Below are positions 12,344-27,181 of a DNA stretch of 64,000 nucleotides, piece by piece. The translations under genes were made by a program, and so were the position numbers. How positions within the stretch are numbered: position 1 is the first letter of the stretch; each line of letters starts with the position of its first letter. The notes under the pieces were generated by a model. The model had not been told where the DNA came from, searched no databases, and saw only the letters and a list, made by a program, of their open reading frames with translations. Source of the DNA: Mizuhopecten yessoensis (lineage: Eukaryota); assembly GCF_002113885.1 (NCBI RefSeq), contig NW_018480040.1, forward strand, positions 124,001-188,000. Reading direction: 5' to 3'.

Positions 12344-14605
12344 ATGTACTGGTCGTTGGCTGTCGCCGTGTGCCTGATTGGGCAGGTATGTTATTAACGT
12401 ACTCCAACAAAAATATACACAAGGTGCACTATAGATCTTTCATTTGTAACATAGGGTATCATGTTGTCCTTAGTATATTGGATGTGTGCTTTGTTTCTTA
12501 TTTGGCCTTATGTGTTGACAATATTGTTTATACTTGAACTTCGTTTAACTACCTTAATTATCTTTATATATAAAATATATTGTATTTTTTCTTAAAACAT
12601 AATCTGTTTGGATTGGTGTTTATTTCTTTCTAATACATGGAGGAATTGTTATGATTTTCAGCTTAATTCCATATACATTTCACGAGTATGGCAGATCATT
12701 AATATTTCCTGCGAGACAAAAAAACAACATAAGTGAACATTTTGGTATATTCTACTATGCAAGTAATATCTAAAACTCTAGAATGGCGGACTCGTTAGTG
12801 CAACCAAATAGTTTTGGAGATGATAGCTTAATCGTTGGCGCTATATTTTAATGATGTTACGCCTGACAAGAAATCTGCACATTTTAAAAGGTCAACTTGA
12901 AACAATAGTACATGTTTTCTTATATCAGGTGATGTTTTCTTCAAAGAATGGCATCAATAGGTTAGTTAGAAAATATATCCTAGTTGATGTAGCGATGACT
13001 TACCTAAACAGCTATTTACTTTACTGTCGCTTCACATGATGTGTTCAAAAACAGTTCTGGCATCTCAAAGGGATATTTACCACTGACAGATATCACCCTT
13101 GATATCAGTCACAGTGTGAAAGATAACGATTTCATTACGCTGATAGAGTTCAACTTATATATAATTCAATTATCGAACTTATATCTGAAAAAATATAATT
13201 GATCATTAAATGAAGATGTTGTTTGAAATAAAAAAAGAGGTGTACATTTTATACTTCCTTTTTTGTAGCCGCTATTTTTTGTATTCCTTAACTAAATAAG
13301 CACAAAATAGCAAGTAGGTGTTTGCAAATGACAGCAATAGTGATAATTGACTCTTTGAGTGATCGTATATAGTCAAATCAGATTTCATTTTCCTTCAACT
13401 GACAATTGTTTAAATAATGTTAATTGCATCATGTCTGGTTTTAAAAGACACTTGCTGTGCTGTAAAAACAGAATTCATTTGATTGATTTGTGATTTTATT
13501 TTATATACAGATATCTGGATTTACTGTATTTCAAGAAACAGCAACACCATCATTTCTAGATGAACTTACAACACAAGAACCAATGCCACCAACCACCCAG
13601 CGTGTCATCGACGCAAACGAGTTCGACCAGGCTTTGTTTTTGTATGACGCTCCGACGGTATGTACCCGTTAAGAAAAAAAGAAAAAAAATGGTTTTTCTA
13701 CAATTTCGGTCCCTGGTATCACCGATGAGGCCTAGAGGAACGGAACAGCTGTAAAGTACAGTGTAAATCATGTTTAGCATACTTTATATACATGCATTAT
13801 CAAATTTTAAAGGTCCATTGTGTGAATCTTAGGTTCATCGTTTTGATATACACTAACCTGTATACATGAATTTCTTTCTCCATAGCATCAACTGGTTATG
13901 AAGCTTGGGCATTACTGTTACATTCATGGCGTCACGTCATCGTCACAGCAATTAGTACATACAGCAGATGGACTTTTAAAATTCGAAGTAAGTAAAAGTA
14001 CAGCATATACCTTCATCAACTGACAATAGCTTTATCAAACATAGAGTGAAAATGTAATGGCCTGTGTCATTTCATTTTTGTACAAGTCCATGAATGAACA
14101 CTTGCCAGACCCATCATATTGTTTCGCTTGTAATAATATGTTCACTGTTGATCACGTGTAGTGATATTCAACAGTTATGTGACATATGTTTCAATGTACA
14201 AAATACCTATGAACTTTATGGACAAGTCCCTGTGACAACTAAATATCATTTAGTACATACAACATATAAGCCTCAATAAAATAAAATAGTGTTTACACTA
14301 CTTGTAGAATCTGTATATATGGATAAAACTTTTACCAATTGGTGTCTTTCGAATTTCTGTTTGAAGTTTAAGGCCAAAACTGACCTGCTTGTGTCGAGGG
14401 GCGGTTAAGCCTGAACAAAGAAGCTGATTGACTTTTTTATTTCCAGAGTATCTTGATGTACCTCGTAGCCGCTGGTATGCATACCCAGATGACCCATGCA
14501 GATGCTAAGAGGTTAAGCGTGCCCATTGAACACTTTTGCAGAGGACATGACATACAGGTCGTGTCAAGGATTCACCATAGCACTACCAAAAGTACAATTG
14601 TGTGA
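12344..14605 (+). CDS. Gene A: secreted BRICHOS-like protein, 149 aa; exons 12344-12385, 13511-13657, 13886-13987, 14447-14605
   Basis: All introns GT-AG, phase 0. MYWSLAVAVCLIGQ|ISGFTVFQETATPSFLDELTTQEPMPPTTQRVIDANEFDQALFLYDAPT|HQLVMKLGHYCYIHGVTSSSQQLVHTADGLLKFE|SILMYLVAAGMHTQMTHADAKRLSVPIEHFCRGHDIQVVSRIHHSTTKSTIV*. AATAAA overlaps the stop. Exon structure is shared with four paralogues. Confidence 0.9.
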
Positions 14606-15619
14606 ATAAATTAGAAACAGGTTTTTCAAACAAGTATTTCATTATTACTCTTCCTTATTCGGCAAACATATTGGTACATCGAATTGAAGTTGCAAACACA
14701 CAATGAAACATAAAGCATGTTAAAATATTGCACATATTTCAAAAACTTTTCGAATTATAATTATCCTATGGAGTTTGCTATAAGTGTAATTTCGACTCAA
14801 CAAACTATGATCCTGTTAACAAAATGGTTAATCTATTGTTAATATATAGAGCTCTGAAATTAAAAGCATATTGTTTTGTTTAGACATTAAGGGCATATTT
14901 TATTAACAAATATATCACCATTATGAGTAACAAAATATATCGAATTCGTTCGATTAGTAAGGAATTTCTGCAATACCAGGTATGTCCTCGACTAATCGTA
15001 TACTAATACTTTGTTCCCTAGTTTTGGTCACTGTTACAATTCTTGACGGTGTACTTTGATCAAGTTATTTGCAACACGATTAGTCCAATGAGTACCAAAT
15101 CCTTTGCAAAGCATCCCAAGCGTCCAGCATATTTGTCGACAAACTTCTTGTCATTTTCTTTATGTGACCTTTATGTTTTCCATTGGGTTTATTTCAAGAA
15201 TAATATCCCCGTTATCGTTAAATTCTATTTCTACTTGGTTCGAAAATATTTTTGAGTTCAACTTATTATAACAGTATGCAAAAAATTATAGAAAGATAGA
15301 TTCCTTTTAAGTGAACGCTTAACATTCGGAAACCATCCTTAATCGTTTCGAGTAATTCCTTTGGTATCGCAGTTAAAACAACTTCTGAAAAACGTTAGCC
15401 GCTTTTTAACTCGTGTTTACAGATATAAATGTCCGTAGGGTTAAGAAAACATTAATGACACTTTTATTGCTTCTGTTAATATTGGTTTGCCTATTAAATA
15501 ATAATTGTTGTCACCCGATAAATCAATGAAACAAATTAGATAACAGCGCTATCTCTTATTTACAAAAAAAAGAATGCAAGAACAATAAAATAAACTCTTA
15601 TACAAAATAATAAACAACT

Positions 15620-15622
<3 letters not shown>

Positions 15623-15678
<56 letters not shown>

Positions 15679-15686
15679 ACACACAC
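15623..15686. repeat. (AG)n(AC)n microsatellite
   Basis: About 26 AG units; the right-arm equivalent (~48917-48931) has only about 7. Confidence 0.95.
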
Positions 15687-17150
15687 AGAGATAGAGGGAG
15701 AATCGTAAAGAAGAATATCAATTAAAGAAAACTGTTTATAACACGCGAACTGGTTTCATCACATTTTTTTTCAAAACAAAATGTTAGAAATGTACCAATA
15801 AAAAAACCTAATGAAAAGGTCAGTATAAAAGACAGCAATGAGGAGAGAGGAGGTTCCAAAACCGAAGAACATTGCTGAACATACCCAATAAATTTACTTC
15901 ATAAACATTACTGTTCACGTGGCTTTACATTGGAAAAACGTTTTTATTACACCAGGGATAATTATGTTAGTCCCCCGAACAAGCCCAAATTCGAAATTGA
16001 CGCACCTGAAAGAATAATTACACCTTCATACCAAGGTTTGAGCATAATCAGACATAGAGATGGACAAAACGCAACACCTTGATTTTCACTAGCAGATGTG
16101 TTAACAAATCAGAAGCACTAGCGGCCATGTTTGATGATCGATCAAAAATGAAGCACGTCTTACAGAACACGCCCATCATTGTTCACATAACCTTCATAAG
16201 TACCAGGCACGTAGTTTCTAAAGTTAAAAACATCTGCAAAGCGTTTGACGTAAGTAAAATGAGAAAAAGAAATGCATCAAAAGCAAGTTCGTTTGGGGAC
16301 ATAAAAATGGAAAGCCAAAGACATAAAGATATGAATGTCAATAAAACACTGTCTTCTCGGCGTTGTCAGATTCATATCTTGACATTTGCCTACGGTATCG
16401 TAATGGTCCCAGCCTCGTTACCAGTATCTCTGACAAAATTTGACGACCATGACTACCTGAATTTATATTCATAACCAACAAATGATTGCCCTCCTCTGGT
16501 AATAATATTCTATGGCTTATTGATTAGACAAATTACGAAATATGTTCGTGTACAAGTGTGAGTGTAGCGGCGAGCTCCCTAAACAACTCCTAACGGTGTT
16601 ATCATTTTTACACGTATAGACGAACATTGTGAAAACTTCACTTAAATGCGCAATTTTATCAATAACACGATTATAAGTATTACACATTCAGATGACGGGC
16701 GTCTTAAACAAACTTACCATGGGTCACATTCGAGCAAAATTTACATGTAAAGTGAGGAATTTGAAACGAGGCAACGCAGAAACTGGAGCGTTTCTTGATG
16801 AATTCTTGCTGTTCTATAGGCGTAGAAGATATGAGTTTCATGTAATTATCGGGAATGCAAAATTATTGCGTATTCGCCAACCATGTCATGTCTATCTGTC
16901 GACTATCAAGACCTACAACCCTTCATGAAAAAATCATAACTTTGTATTTTGGATCATATATAAGATCACTACTTACTAACTGTCAAGCCGGATAATAGTT
17001 GTAGAGATGTAGAACAAGAACATGATACAGGAGGAGTTGTTCTAAGGGCATCTACATTCAACTGTTTTATTGATAAAAAGATTGAATATTGAAATGTCGA
17101 TATCTGTAACAACGTTTACTTTTCTATTGAAAAGTAAACAAAAACATTAC

Positions 17151-17298
17151 ATACGGATTGAATCTGGATTTTTCCAGTGTCCATGCAATTACGAACGGGC
17201 TAAAATTTACTTACACACCACATGAGCGGCCGTAGCGAAGTAAATTTGTACCCATTCATATTTGCATGAACATTGGAAATCCCAGATTCAATCCCTAT
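17151..17298. mobile_element. ~150-bp hairpin of a Crypton-N-like non-autonomous element
   Basis: ggattgaatctggatttttccagtgtccatgcaa ... ttgcatgaacattggaaatcccagattcaatcc. Confidence 0.6.
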
Positions 17299-18238
17299 AA
17301 TTCCAAATCACTATCAATGGGAAGGAAAACCAAAAACATAATTTAAATTACGAATTGTTTTTCATTCATTCATAAATTTAAAATAGTTTAGTAATATGAC
17401 GTCACATCGCAACGTCATTTCGGCGATCTCGAAACTAACTAACGTGAACAATTTTCCACAGCCGCTTCATCGGGTCGAGCGACCTTGTTGATAAAAACAT
17501 TAGCAGTGGTTTAATTTGCAAATGCACATAGAGAAAGTTAACAACATTGTACGTTGACATCGATGGATACTGGTTCTGGAGGACGGCCCGAAAAGGCCAG
17601 GGTTGACACCCGGTTTGAGGATTTTCTTTATTATGACGGAAAGTGCATTAGCTAGACTCGTCACGTTTTTGTGTCTATTGATCTTTCATGGATAAAAAGT
17701 ATGAGAGAACTCTTATTCGTATGTAATTGAAGGACCATAATGTGTCGTAATTCCAACCCTGGGGTTCGTTTTGTTGTAGTCTCTGCCTTGTTATGTGCGG
17801 CGTAAGTAGGCCTAGGACTTGTGTTTGCATGCTGCGTTCGTCATATTCGTGAACATTCATGGATAATACAGTATGTGTGCAAGCAAATTCACCTCAGTTA
17901 ATACTTTCTAATGTTGGAAACACCCAGATTAATTCCTTATTATCGTCACTAGTTTGATCATTGTGCGGACCCATATGTGACATCGAAATATTGTCAGTTT
18001 GAGCTTTGTCAGATTGATATCGTCTAAGGAGAAATCGGATCACCAAACCATCATTTTATTCATTAATTGAATATTCTGAGGATGAATTATATTCATTTAT
18101 GATTGTATCAAAGGAAGAATACCGATGGGTGTTCTTACAAGCACCAGGGGTTCACGCGAGATATGTATAGAACGCTCTGACATCACCAATCAGCGTTTAC
18201 AGTTTTTGCGAATGTCAGGATCAAGCCTTTTGCAGGTA

Positions 18239-18374
18239 CAAGTATTTTTTATATAAAAACAAGTATTTTTTTGATATAAAAACAAGTATTTTTGACATAA
18301 AAACAAGTATTTTTTATATAAAAACAATTATTTTTTATATAAAAACAAGTATTTTTATATAAAAACAAATATTT
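18239..18374. repeat. ~21-bp minisatellite (caagtattttttatataaaaa) x6
   Basis: Read directly; each unit is itself quasi-palindromic. Confidence 0.9.
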
Positions 18375-21300
18375 CTATAGTGTGAATTTATTCCTAGAGT
18401 CCAAAACAGAATGCATAGTCGTCGCACGCACCATCTTTTAACAACGTAAACAAAACACTTTTGAGTTTGAATTACGTTTGCTGGTGCTATTTGAAACACT
18501 AACCATATGTTGACAAAGAATGGTGCATGGTTAGCTATTCTAAGTCTATACCATTGTTATAACTGATCTGTTGACACATTTCTTGATTTCAAAGTATTTT
18601 GGCAAAAAGTGATCCGATTCGGGTACTGATTCGATTTGGTAAGACGACAGAAATTGTCACTGTTGTGAGTATGGTTAACTAGATTTAAAGAATTTCTTTT
18701 AAAAACTCTTATACGTAAATTAATGAAAAATAAGACAAAGATACAATAACTAAATACTAATGATAAACAGTAGATCTTGCATATTTTGTTCACGGCGAGT
18801 ATAGTTTTTCCAGTGGGAGACCACTCGAACGACAATACTGTAAAATGGGGATTTGAAAAACTTTAAAAGTAGTCCCATGGAAAAACAGCTGGTTTTTTGG
18901 TAACTTGTGCTACTATTAGCCAATCACAGAACCTGTAACAAAATGTCAAATGAAATTTGGAATTATATAAGTATAACTTCATCCTAGACTTCACCCATTT
19001 CCTTTAGATTCTACCCAATCATCAAATACGTATGGAGTAGCCTTGCGAATAAGTCTTTTGTAATCATCTTCTCGTGGTGTACGGTATGGTGTGCTAAGTG
19101 TAGAGATATTTGTTAGGTGATATATTTTCTCCGACAGTCAAGGGCAGATCAGCACGGTCAGAGAATTTAAATATTTTATTTAGATACTAATTTTCTTCAA
19201 AATTCACTAACATACGGATGACTACTCCTTCGGTGCCGTAATTGTTCTTTTCATTCACCAACTGCTGTAACTTTTGTCAGTTATAAGTTTTCTGCACGCC
19301 TCATGTTTTTTTATTGTGTCCAGTCTATTCATTACATGACGTGTTCAACGCACCAATTATGTTTGTTTGTTACTTATATCCACCTTTTCAGAAAAATAAA
19401 TATCAACCTTTCAATACAGCAAATATATCTATTGTTTAAACGGTAATTGATAAACATTTATTATGAAACACAGATTTGATATTTACCATATTTCTGAAAA
19501 ATTATACGAATTGATATAATATATATTGCTACTCATATGTCTGGTTCTGGCACGCATACTCTATTGCTCACAATGTTTTGGTTCAAATTGCATTCATCTG
19601 ATTGAGAACTTCCACAAAGTGGTTTAAGATTTTCTTTTTAAATTTGATATAAGGCACCTAATTATTTAAGAATGGAGGTGCAACTGAAATAAAACTGCCA
19701 CAATATCTCTGTATTCAGGTTAGGTTATACAGCTTTGCCAAATCATCGGAAGATTGAACAATGAGTCTTTATTAGTAGGATTTTAGGTATTAAAACGTTT
19801 TCGAAATACTGAGAGACTAAAAAGAACAATTAGAATGTAATTTTGAAGACCAGTCGATTAATATGCATTCAGAGTAAGTGGGTTAGTAGGAGCGAACTTT
19901 CTTTATGTCGACCAATTATTAGAAACAATGACAATAAAAACACTGACATTATTTGCTGAACGCCTAAATAAAACAACTACTATTGACATTTTGCGCCATA
20001 TTTGTTGAGAGGGCCTTTCCTGTATTATACCAGAACATGTCACGTTTCCCTTCCTATGACCCACTACGCGGACACTTGACCGTTATGAAATTGAAGTTCA
20101 TGCATGGCTTTCTGATATCAGCCATTTTACATATGTTACGATATTGCTGATAGCGATTTTACATACATGCTTTCAGGTTGTTTTAAAAAAACACATGGCA
20201 CGATTTTGCAAACGTCCTATAGAAATTATAATTATTATGGAGGGTCATCTACAACCCTCTATGTCTTTTGCGTACCCATGCTCCTCTTGTTCATTCGGTG
20301 TATTGTGTACAAAGTTCTCAAACGAATTCACTGATAGTATCAAAGTATACTATCACGCGTTGTTCCAGTTATGAGACAGACATGATAAAAGTTCAATGGA
20401 AGAGTAAAGGTTCGTGTCATTTCTTATCTTTGAATAACACTGTCTTAGATCTATGGCAGAAGACGAATTTATGGATAACATAGTTTTGGTACCTTTCAAC
20501 CTTGATTTTTTAATGTAATATTAAACTGCAATGTTACAAATCTCAAACAGATTCTTTCAAAATTAAGATTACAGCAAATAATACTTTGATATCAAAGATA
20601 AAAAAAACGAAAAATATCTTAACAAATTTTGTTGTTACCATTTGTGATGTCGGCTTATTGTTTTAAATGGTTGATTGGGGATCCAGTTAACATCATTTTG
20701 TCAACTGCAGTCTTGTCTTTCGATCCCACTGCAATGCCAGATGATGTAAGCAAAATGATGTTACATAAAAAACATACGCAATGTAAAAATCAAGCCACCA
20801 TACAGTGACAAATTTGGTTGTATTATTTGTTTTATATTTTTTTAAAGCCTGTACCAATGGATGCATATGAGTAATTCTTTCAAAGAAAACAATAATCATT
20901 TTGAAAAATTTGCATTGAAAATAAGAATGATCAACATATAATATTTATACATACTTACTAATATACTATTATTGCATTTTTGTTATAGTAAAGGTCAACA
21001 TTACAAATTATCAGGTACAGAAAGCTCCATCGCAAAAAAAGGTTGATGGATCTTTTTCGTTGGGCTCATGTATATGATTGTAGGTGGAATGGACAGCAAG
21101 TGCGGCGTATAGAAAATCATAGTAGTGTTGACATGTCAAATGATCACTGGCAAACTGTAAAGACAATGTTGTGTTGTCATTGGTTAACCTGCAAGGGAAC
21201 AATGCATCAAATGAGTAGCAATAACTTTCTATTCCAGTTACATATAGTTAGAAGACAGCAAATATACTTTCGTCGGACCAGTCGCTCTTCCCGATGTAAA

Positions 21301-21445
21301 TTTATTTTGTGTTTCGTAAAATATCCCTTCACAGTGCCTCACAGTCTTATCACCGAATAATATAAAGACGCGAACTCCAAGTTCAGTCCGCGGATTTCAT
21401 TTTAACAGCATTTTCGACAACTCTTCCATTGAAAGGACATCAAGT

Positions 21446-24400
21446 ATGCAGGCCATTTTCATTGTCGCTTTCTGCGTTATCGGACAGGTGGCGTATATAT
21501 TTTATTATTTTAATAGTAGTAAACACTATTACCTAATATTAACTTTCACCTTGATATTATGTTTTAAATGTTGTTCTGTTTGTGTTTTTATTTTCTTTCA
21601 AAATTAGAATAGAAAAAGAAAAATCAACTATATTTACATTCAAAGCAGATTTGCTTGCAAGTGGCAAAGTTACGTTTATGTACTGTAATAGTAAACGATA
21701 AAATGTAAAGGTGAGATAGACAATCTTCCAGTTAAAATCATATTACACTTGGATGATAATATTTTAAAAGAAAGTAATAATAATAAACTTTATCCAAATG
21801 AAAAAAATAAATGAAAATTTAGAACTTTAGAATTGAAACGTCGTTAGCCACTTGTAAATCTTTAACACAAGATATTTGAGGCTCTTGTAAGTCTTTTAGG
21901 CAGCCGGTACAGACGAACACCCTTGATTCTGGAAGAGATCAAAATTGGTCCCATCTTGCAACGGAAGAATAAGATACATCAACTCTTTGATTGGAGAACA
22001 GCAGGGGTTATGTTATACTGTATAATTAAAATAAGTTGATATACATATCATTGATAGGGTTCATGGTCTAATGTTCTCTGTAAGGATCGTATATGTACCC
22101 TGTTATGAGCTCGAATGGTTACAGAGATCTTGACAGCGAACAACGGACCACTTACCCTAAAATGCACTTAAGACCTGTGGGTTAATTTTCTAGTTCTTCA
22201 TAGTCACATTCGCTAAAACTAAATGATGATGCGTTTACACATCGATCCCTCTTTGTTCAAATGATGAGTTTAAATGATAAAATATGTCGTCATAATTGCC
22301 GTTTACGTAGATATATAACACCTCAACGTTTGTGTCCTGTTCCTTCTCCCGTTATCATCCCGAATGTTTTTTCTTGTCATATTGTTCTTTGGCAAATCCC
22401 CGATGATAAGAAAACATGTTTTCTGAAGTAAAATAAACCGTATAAGATATTTGCACATTCTTATGTCTCTTTCTACAGATATACGCTGCACCTGCTTCTT
22501 CAAACGAGAACAACGAAATAGACGCAGCATCATTCTACTACGATGGCCTTTCAGTACGTGCTAAATAGTGATTTAGACCTAAGAACAAAACATATATACC
22601 AAGAGTACTTATATTAATATGCAATGTGTATAAGTGTATCATAAAATAAATACTATAGAAATGGATTTGAAAATTCGAAAAGCAATACATTTCTGAAATT
22701 ACTGCCAACATTGAATGTTAATATTCATTTACATATAAGTAGGTAATTATGTGTTTTATGTATATTTACTATTTCACCCTTCAGGGAAGAACAATTGTAC
22801 AGCTTGGTTTTTTTCATTATTATTTGAGTCTACTATTTATCATACGTTTATTATTATCTCTTAACTTATATATTTAGATTTGATAATATGCTTTAACACT
22901 ATTGCTGATATGTATGAAGATTACACGTATGAAAAAAATATTAAATATCCAACAATAGTTAAAAATGCTTTAAATGGTTCATTGTATGGAATCTACGACG
23001 GTAGATATGGTTTGACCGATATATCAAGGCCACACCCAGTCGGAGATTCTATACAGCGCTATTGAAAGATAAGAGGGCTATCCATTGCTCCGGTTTCCTT
23101 GTACTTAAAGACACAGTTTTGTTATGTTTGTCCTATATTGGAAGCAAACTCGACTTACAAAGTGTTTCTATACTATGCTATAAGTGCATTTGTATGAGAT
23201 ACCTATATAAAATATAAAACTAATACAAAGATCAGCTCAGCAGAGGAAGGCTTATTATACTGTTGGATTTTTTTAAAAATCTTCTAACAGATATTGTTTG
23301 TTGATGTCTACAAATGATGTATTTTAATCACAATGGTTTATAAAGGTTAATATGAATATTTTTGGAAAATATACATACGATGATAAATAACTTTTACCAA
23401 CCTTCTATCAACAAATACGCTCTATTTGTTTCGGACTTAAAAATGAGTTTCAGCTTCGTATTCGAGTAATTTTAATAGCAGTGAACACCAACACTATCTG
23501 TATTATTGTTTTTAAAAGATAACCATGTTTATCAACTTCACAAAGGTCGATTCCCCTCTGAATAGGTCAATATTTAAAAGGCGCGGGCACATATAGAGTC
23601 ATTACCAAATTATTTTATGAAAGTTTTCAGCCAATAAGTTTAAAACTTTTTTGAGAAAGTATTAAATGTCACGATAAACAATTTGCCAATACCTCTCTCC
23701 TCCCTGATTGCATATTAATCAATTGGTTCTACAGGACTTACAGTCAAAATATATTTAAAAGTCCTTCTTTACTGCCAAGACTTTTAAATTTCTAAAAGCT
23801 TAATATTAAGAGTACATCGCTAAATCATACGCAGCTTGACCAAAGTTAGTTGACCAGACATGAAAACCAATATATTATCCGAATTTTGATTCCATTTGTA
23901 TCCACTGATTTGACTCATTGAGTACCGCGTATAAAATGCCACACGAAAAGCTTAAAAAGTAAATAATTGTGAACAACGGTGTATTCATACCATAAAAAGA
24001 CATATGGATGGATATTATATACAATTTTATATAAATTGATAGAAGTATAATAAACAGAATCAACCTACTAGAAAATACTTTTCTAATCATAACTAACGTG
24101 TGTTTTGTTATAACGATTACGTAACAAACAGAAATCATTGATATTTTGAGACAGTTAGCTAGGTTATATAGCTAAATTGAATCATATACACATATTGAAA
24201 TATTTGGGTGGTTGGGTGGCGCAGTGGATATCGCTTGCCTTTCACCAAGGCGGCCGGGGTTCGATTCCCCGATCAGACGTGAAAGGTATGGTGTCACCTG
24301 CCCGACCACGTGGGTTTTATCCCGGTACTCGGCTTTCCTCCCACATTAAGACCGTTTCCAAATGTGTTATTATTTTACATGTGTCGATTTGGGAAGTTTC

Positions 24401-25260
24401 AAAACACTGAAACACCATTTCTAAGTTTCAGAAAATATAGCTTATACATGTCGGTAAAAAAATAGAAAAAATACTTAAAAAATCAAGTTTATATATTGAA
24501 ATACGAAACTGTATATATTGTTAAGCCATTTCTCAATTTATACCAACCACGATTGTAATCGCACAACGGTCGTCCATCGTCCGCACACATGTGCGCAAGG
24601 AATAATCGTCCTGATATTTATCGTTTGCACATCTTTCACACACCGTGCACACATCACGAGCATATCGCACATCGTGGAACGTTGTTCGATCCCATAACTG
24701 TAACTCGGAATAAAAAAAGGAATCGGATACCATACTGATTATAGCAATATCCATGCTATAAATCACATTGCATGTGTGATTTGTTTTGTTTTATATACAC
24801 TCAACAAGGTCTTTCTTTTTTTCTAATAGGGCTTCGTGGCACTGAAACTTGGTCATAATTGTTATCTATCGAGTCAAGAGAAGAACAGCCCAGACATTCA
24901 CACAGAGGAGGGGCTACTGGCGGCAGAGGTATGATTATTTTAAATTAAATACCTACCAAATTAAATATTGAATTTGCGTAGATATGTACTTTTCAAGCAT
25001 GGCGGAAATTCCAGTTGTTAAGCAATGTAAAAAGCAAACGAGATGACAACACAACTGTGTTGAATAAAGTGATGATAAAATAACTTTTTGTTTTTTAGTC
25101 AAGAATTATGATATTGCTGAGAAGGGGAATACAAACACCGCTGTCTCACGCTGAAGTCAACCAGTTAAGCCTACATTTAGAGCGCATGTGCGCAGGGTCA
25201 TCTGTCTACCAACTTCATCACCATCATCCTCCTTCGACAACAATGGTTTCTTTAATCTAA
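21446..25260 (+). CDS. Gene B: secreted BRICHOS-like protein, 125 aa; exons 21446-21487, 22479-22553, 24830-24928, 25099-25260
   Basis: TATAAA at 21361; phase-0 GT-AG introns. MQAIFIVAFCVIGQ|IYAAPASSNENNEIDAASFYYDGLS|GFVALKLGHNCYLSSQEKNSPDIHTEEGLLAAE|SRIMILLRRGIQTPLSHAEVNQLSLHLERMCAGSSVYQLHHHHPPSTTMVSLI*. Confidence 0.88.
24206..24353 (+). mobile_element. tRNA-derived V-SINE in intron 2 of gene B
   Basis: A-box gggtggcgcagtgg, B-box ggttcgattccc, V-domain gtgggttttatcccggtactcggctttcctcccaca. Confidence 0.8.
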
Positions 25261-27181
25261 CATGTTCACTAAAATTGTAACATAAGATTAAAATATAGCA
25301 TAAGATAGGACGTTTAGTTGTGTTTTATCGTTTTTATTCATTTGTTTTGTCAGAAATTCGAAATAAATTTCTAACGAAGAGTTATATGTTATATAGTCTT
25401 AACGCTGTAATCTGTGCAAAACAACTATTTATCTCCTAGGACGACGTCATCCAGTACGTGATGACGTCATTTGCTTTGGAATCTTCCCTGATTTTCACAA
25501 TGCCGATACTGCATCGCAGTTTGTACCACATGAACCTTAAAAGAACAGCATGCAATCCTTAACTGTTAAGCGTGGATTTAGTACTTTACTTTAATGAATC
25601 GATAATCATTTCAATAAAAGAATATTAAAATGACTTTCGCAGTGCCAAAAATATAACAGAATGGAATGGAAAACCACTTTTGACAACTTTACGTGCTTTT
25701 AAACAGACTCAAACTTGCTCCGAAGGTGGAAATGGCGGCAAACAACTGAACGCTCATTGTAGGCTGGTCTTGATGGAATTTACGACATTCTTTTCCCATG
25801 GTCTATTCGATCAGTGATCAGCTTCTATTCTTTTCGAAATGCATATAAAAAGCATACTTTCCCCACAAATTGGTAATTGCAACTTTAACGTGAAATATTG
25901 TTGTCCCTTGATACATGTTTGTATGAAATGAAATAATATTTTAAAAAATACTGTATCCTCTTTTCCATTTAAGCTTAAAGAGGATCTTTCTAACTGTTCA
26001 AAAAATGAACTTAGGTTAAACCAACTTATATAATTTTATATGTATGCATTCTTAAAAATGACGCCCGATATCTATGAGCTCTGTGTTTGTCATTGTGTAT
26101 TTACGCTGAGTGTTTCTACACCATTATCACAGCAGGAAACATAGACATTATCAAACATTTTTATCACAAATCAGATTGAAAATAAATTATAACATTTTGA
26201 ATTATTTATTTTTTGCTTGATATTACCCTATATGTTCATATTTTTAATAAAACGTCATAAAACACCAGAGGGGCACTTACATGTACGTAAATCGCGCAGG
26301 TGTGAAAACCAAGTGAAGGGGAGCTATAGAACAACACGAATGTAAATAACAAATACTGGAAACGTCCAGTTTGTGCTTTCATAACGGTCATACGGTATCA
26401 CATATCAGCTATTTGTGTCAGGCACAGGCTAGGTAAAACTCCGGTCACTTATCAAATTGTTATTTACCTGTTCTGTTACCTAGGAGCAAAACCCATTCCT
26501 GACAGTCTAACGGTCACTGTTACACTGTGTAACACGCATTTTAAAATTGTACATAATCTTAATTATTGTGATGAGAAGAAACAGTAATATATACAGTGTA
26601 TATTATTGCATACGAGCCTTCCGTATTTTTTCATTCCGTAATATTGATCAACAAATTGTACCAAATCGCACAGTTGTGCGGAGAAAAGCGCACAACGGGG
26701 CGAACAATTGTTCAATCGCACATTTGTCCGCACCATGTGTGGACGATGTGCGGACGGTGCGCGCACGGTACTTTTGGTGCGTTGTGCGGTCACACAATTG
26801 TACCATTTTTTCATATATTTTAACTTTTCTGCAGTGTTTATATTTTGCATATTTCGTTTAGGCCCGAAATTTTTCCAAGATCTAATCGACTTAAAGCATA
26901 CGTTTGGGCAGTATTTGGAATAGTTATAAGATAGGAAAATGGGTGTAAAACCAGGGGAAAACGTGATTGGAATTATTGAATGGCAAAACAACCACTTAGA
27001 TAATCCAATTATTACGGAAATCGATAAAAGAATGCGTCATTTTTAAGGTTTGGTCGTGAATAAGCCTCGTTTTGGTTTTTGTATATCTTCAATAGTCACT
27101 AGACGTAAAGATGGTATTTTCCTGTCACACTTTAAACTATTTCACTTTCTGTATAGGGATGCATTTTTGAATTTCCAATAT

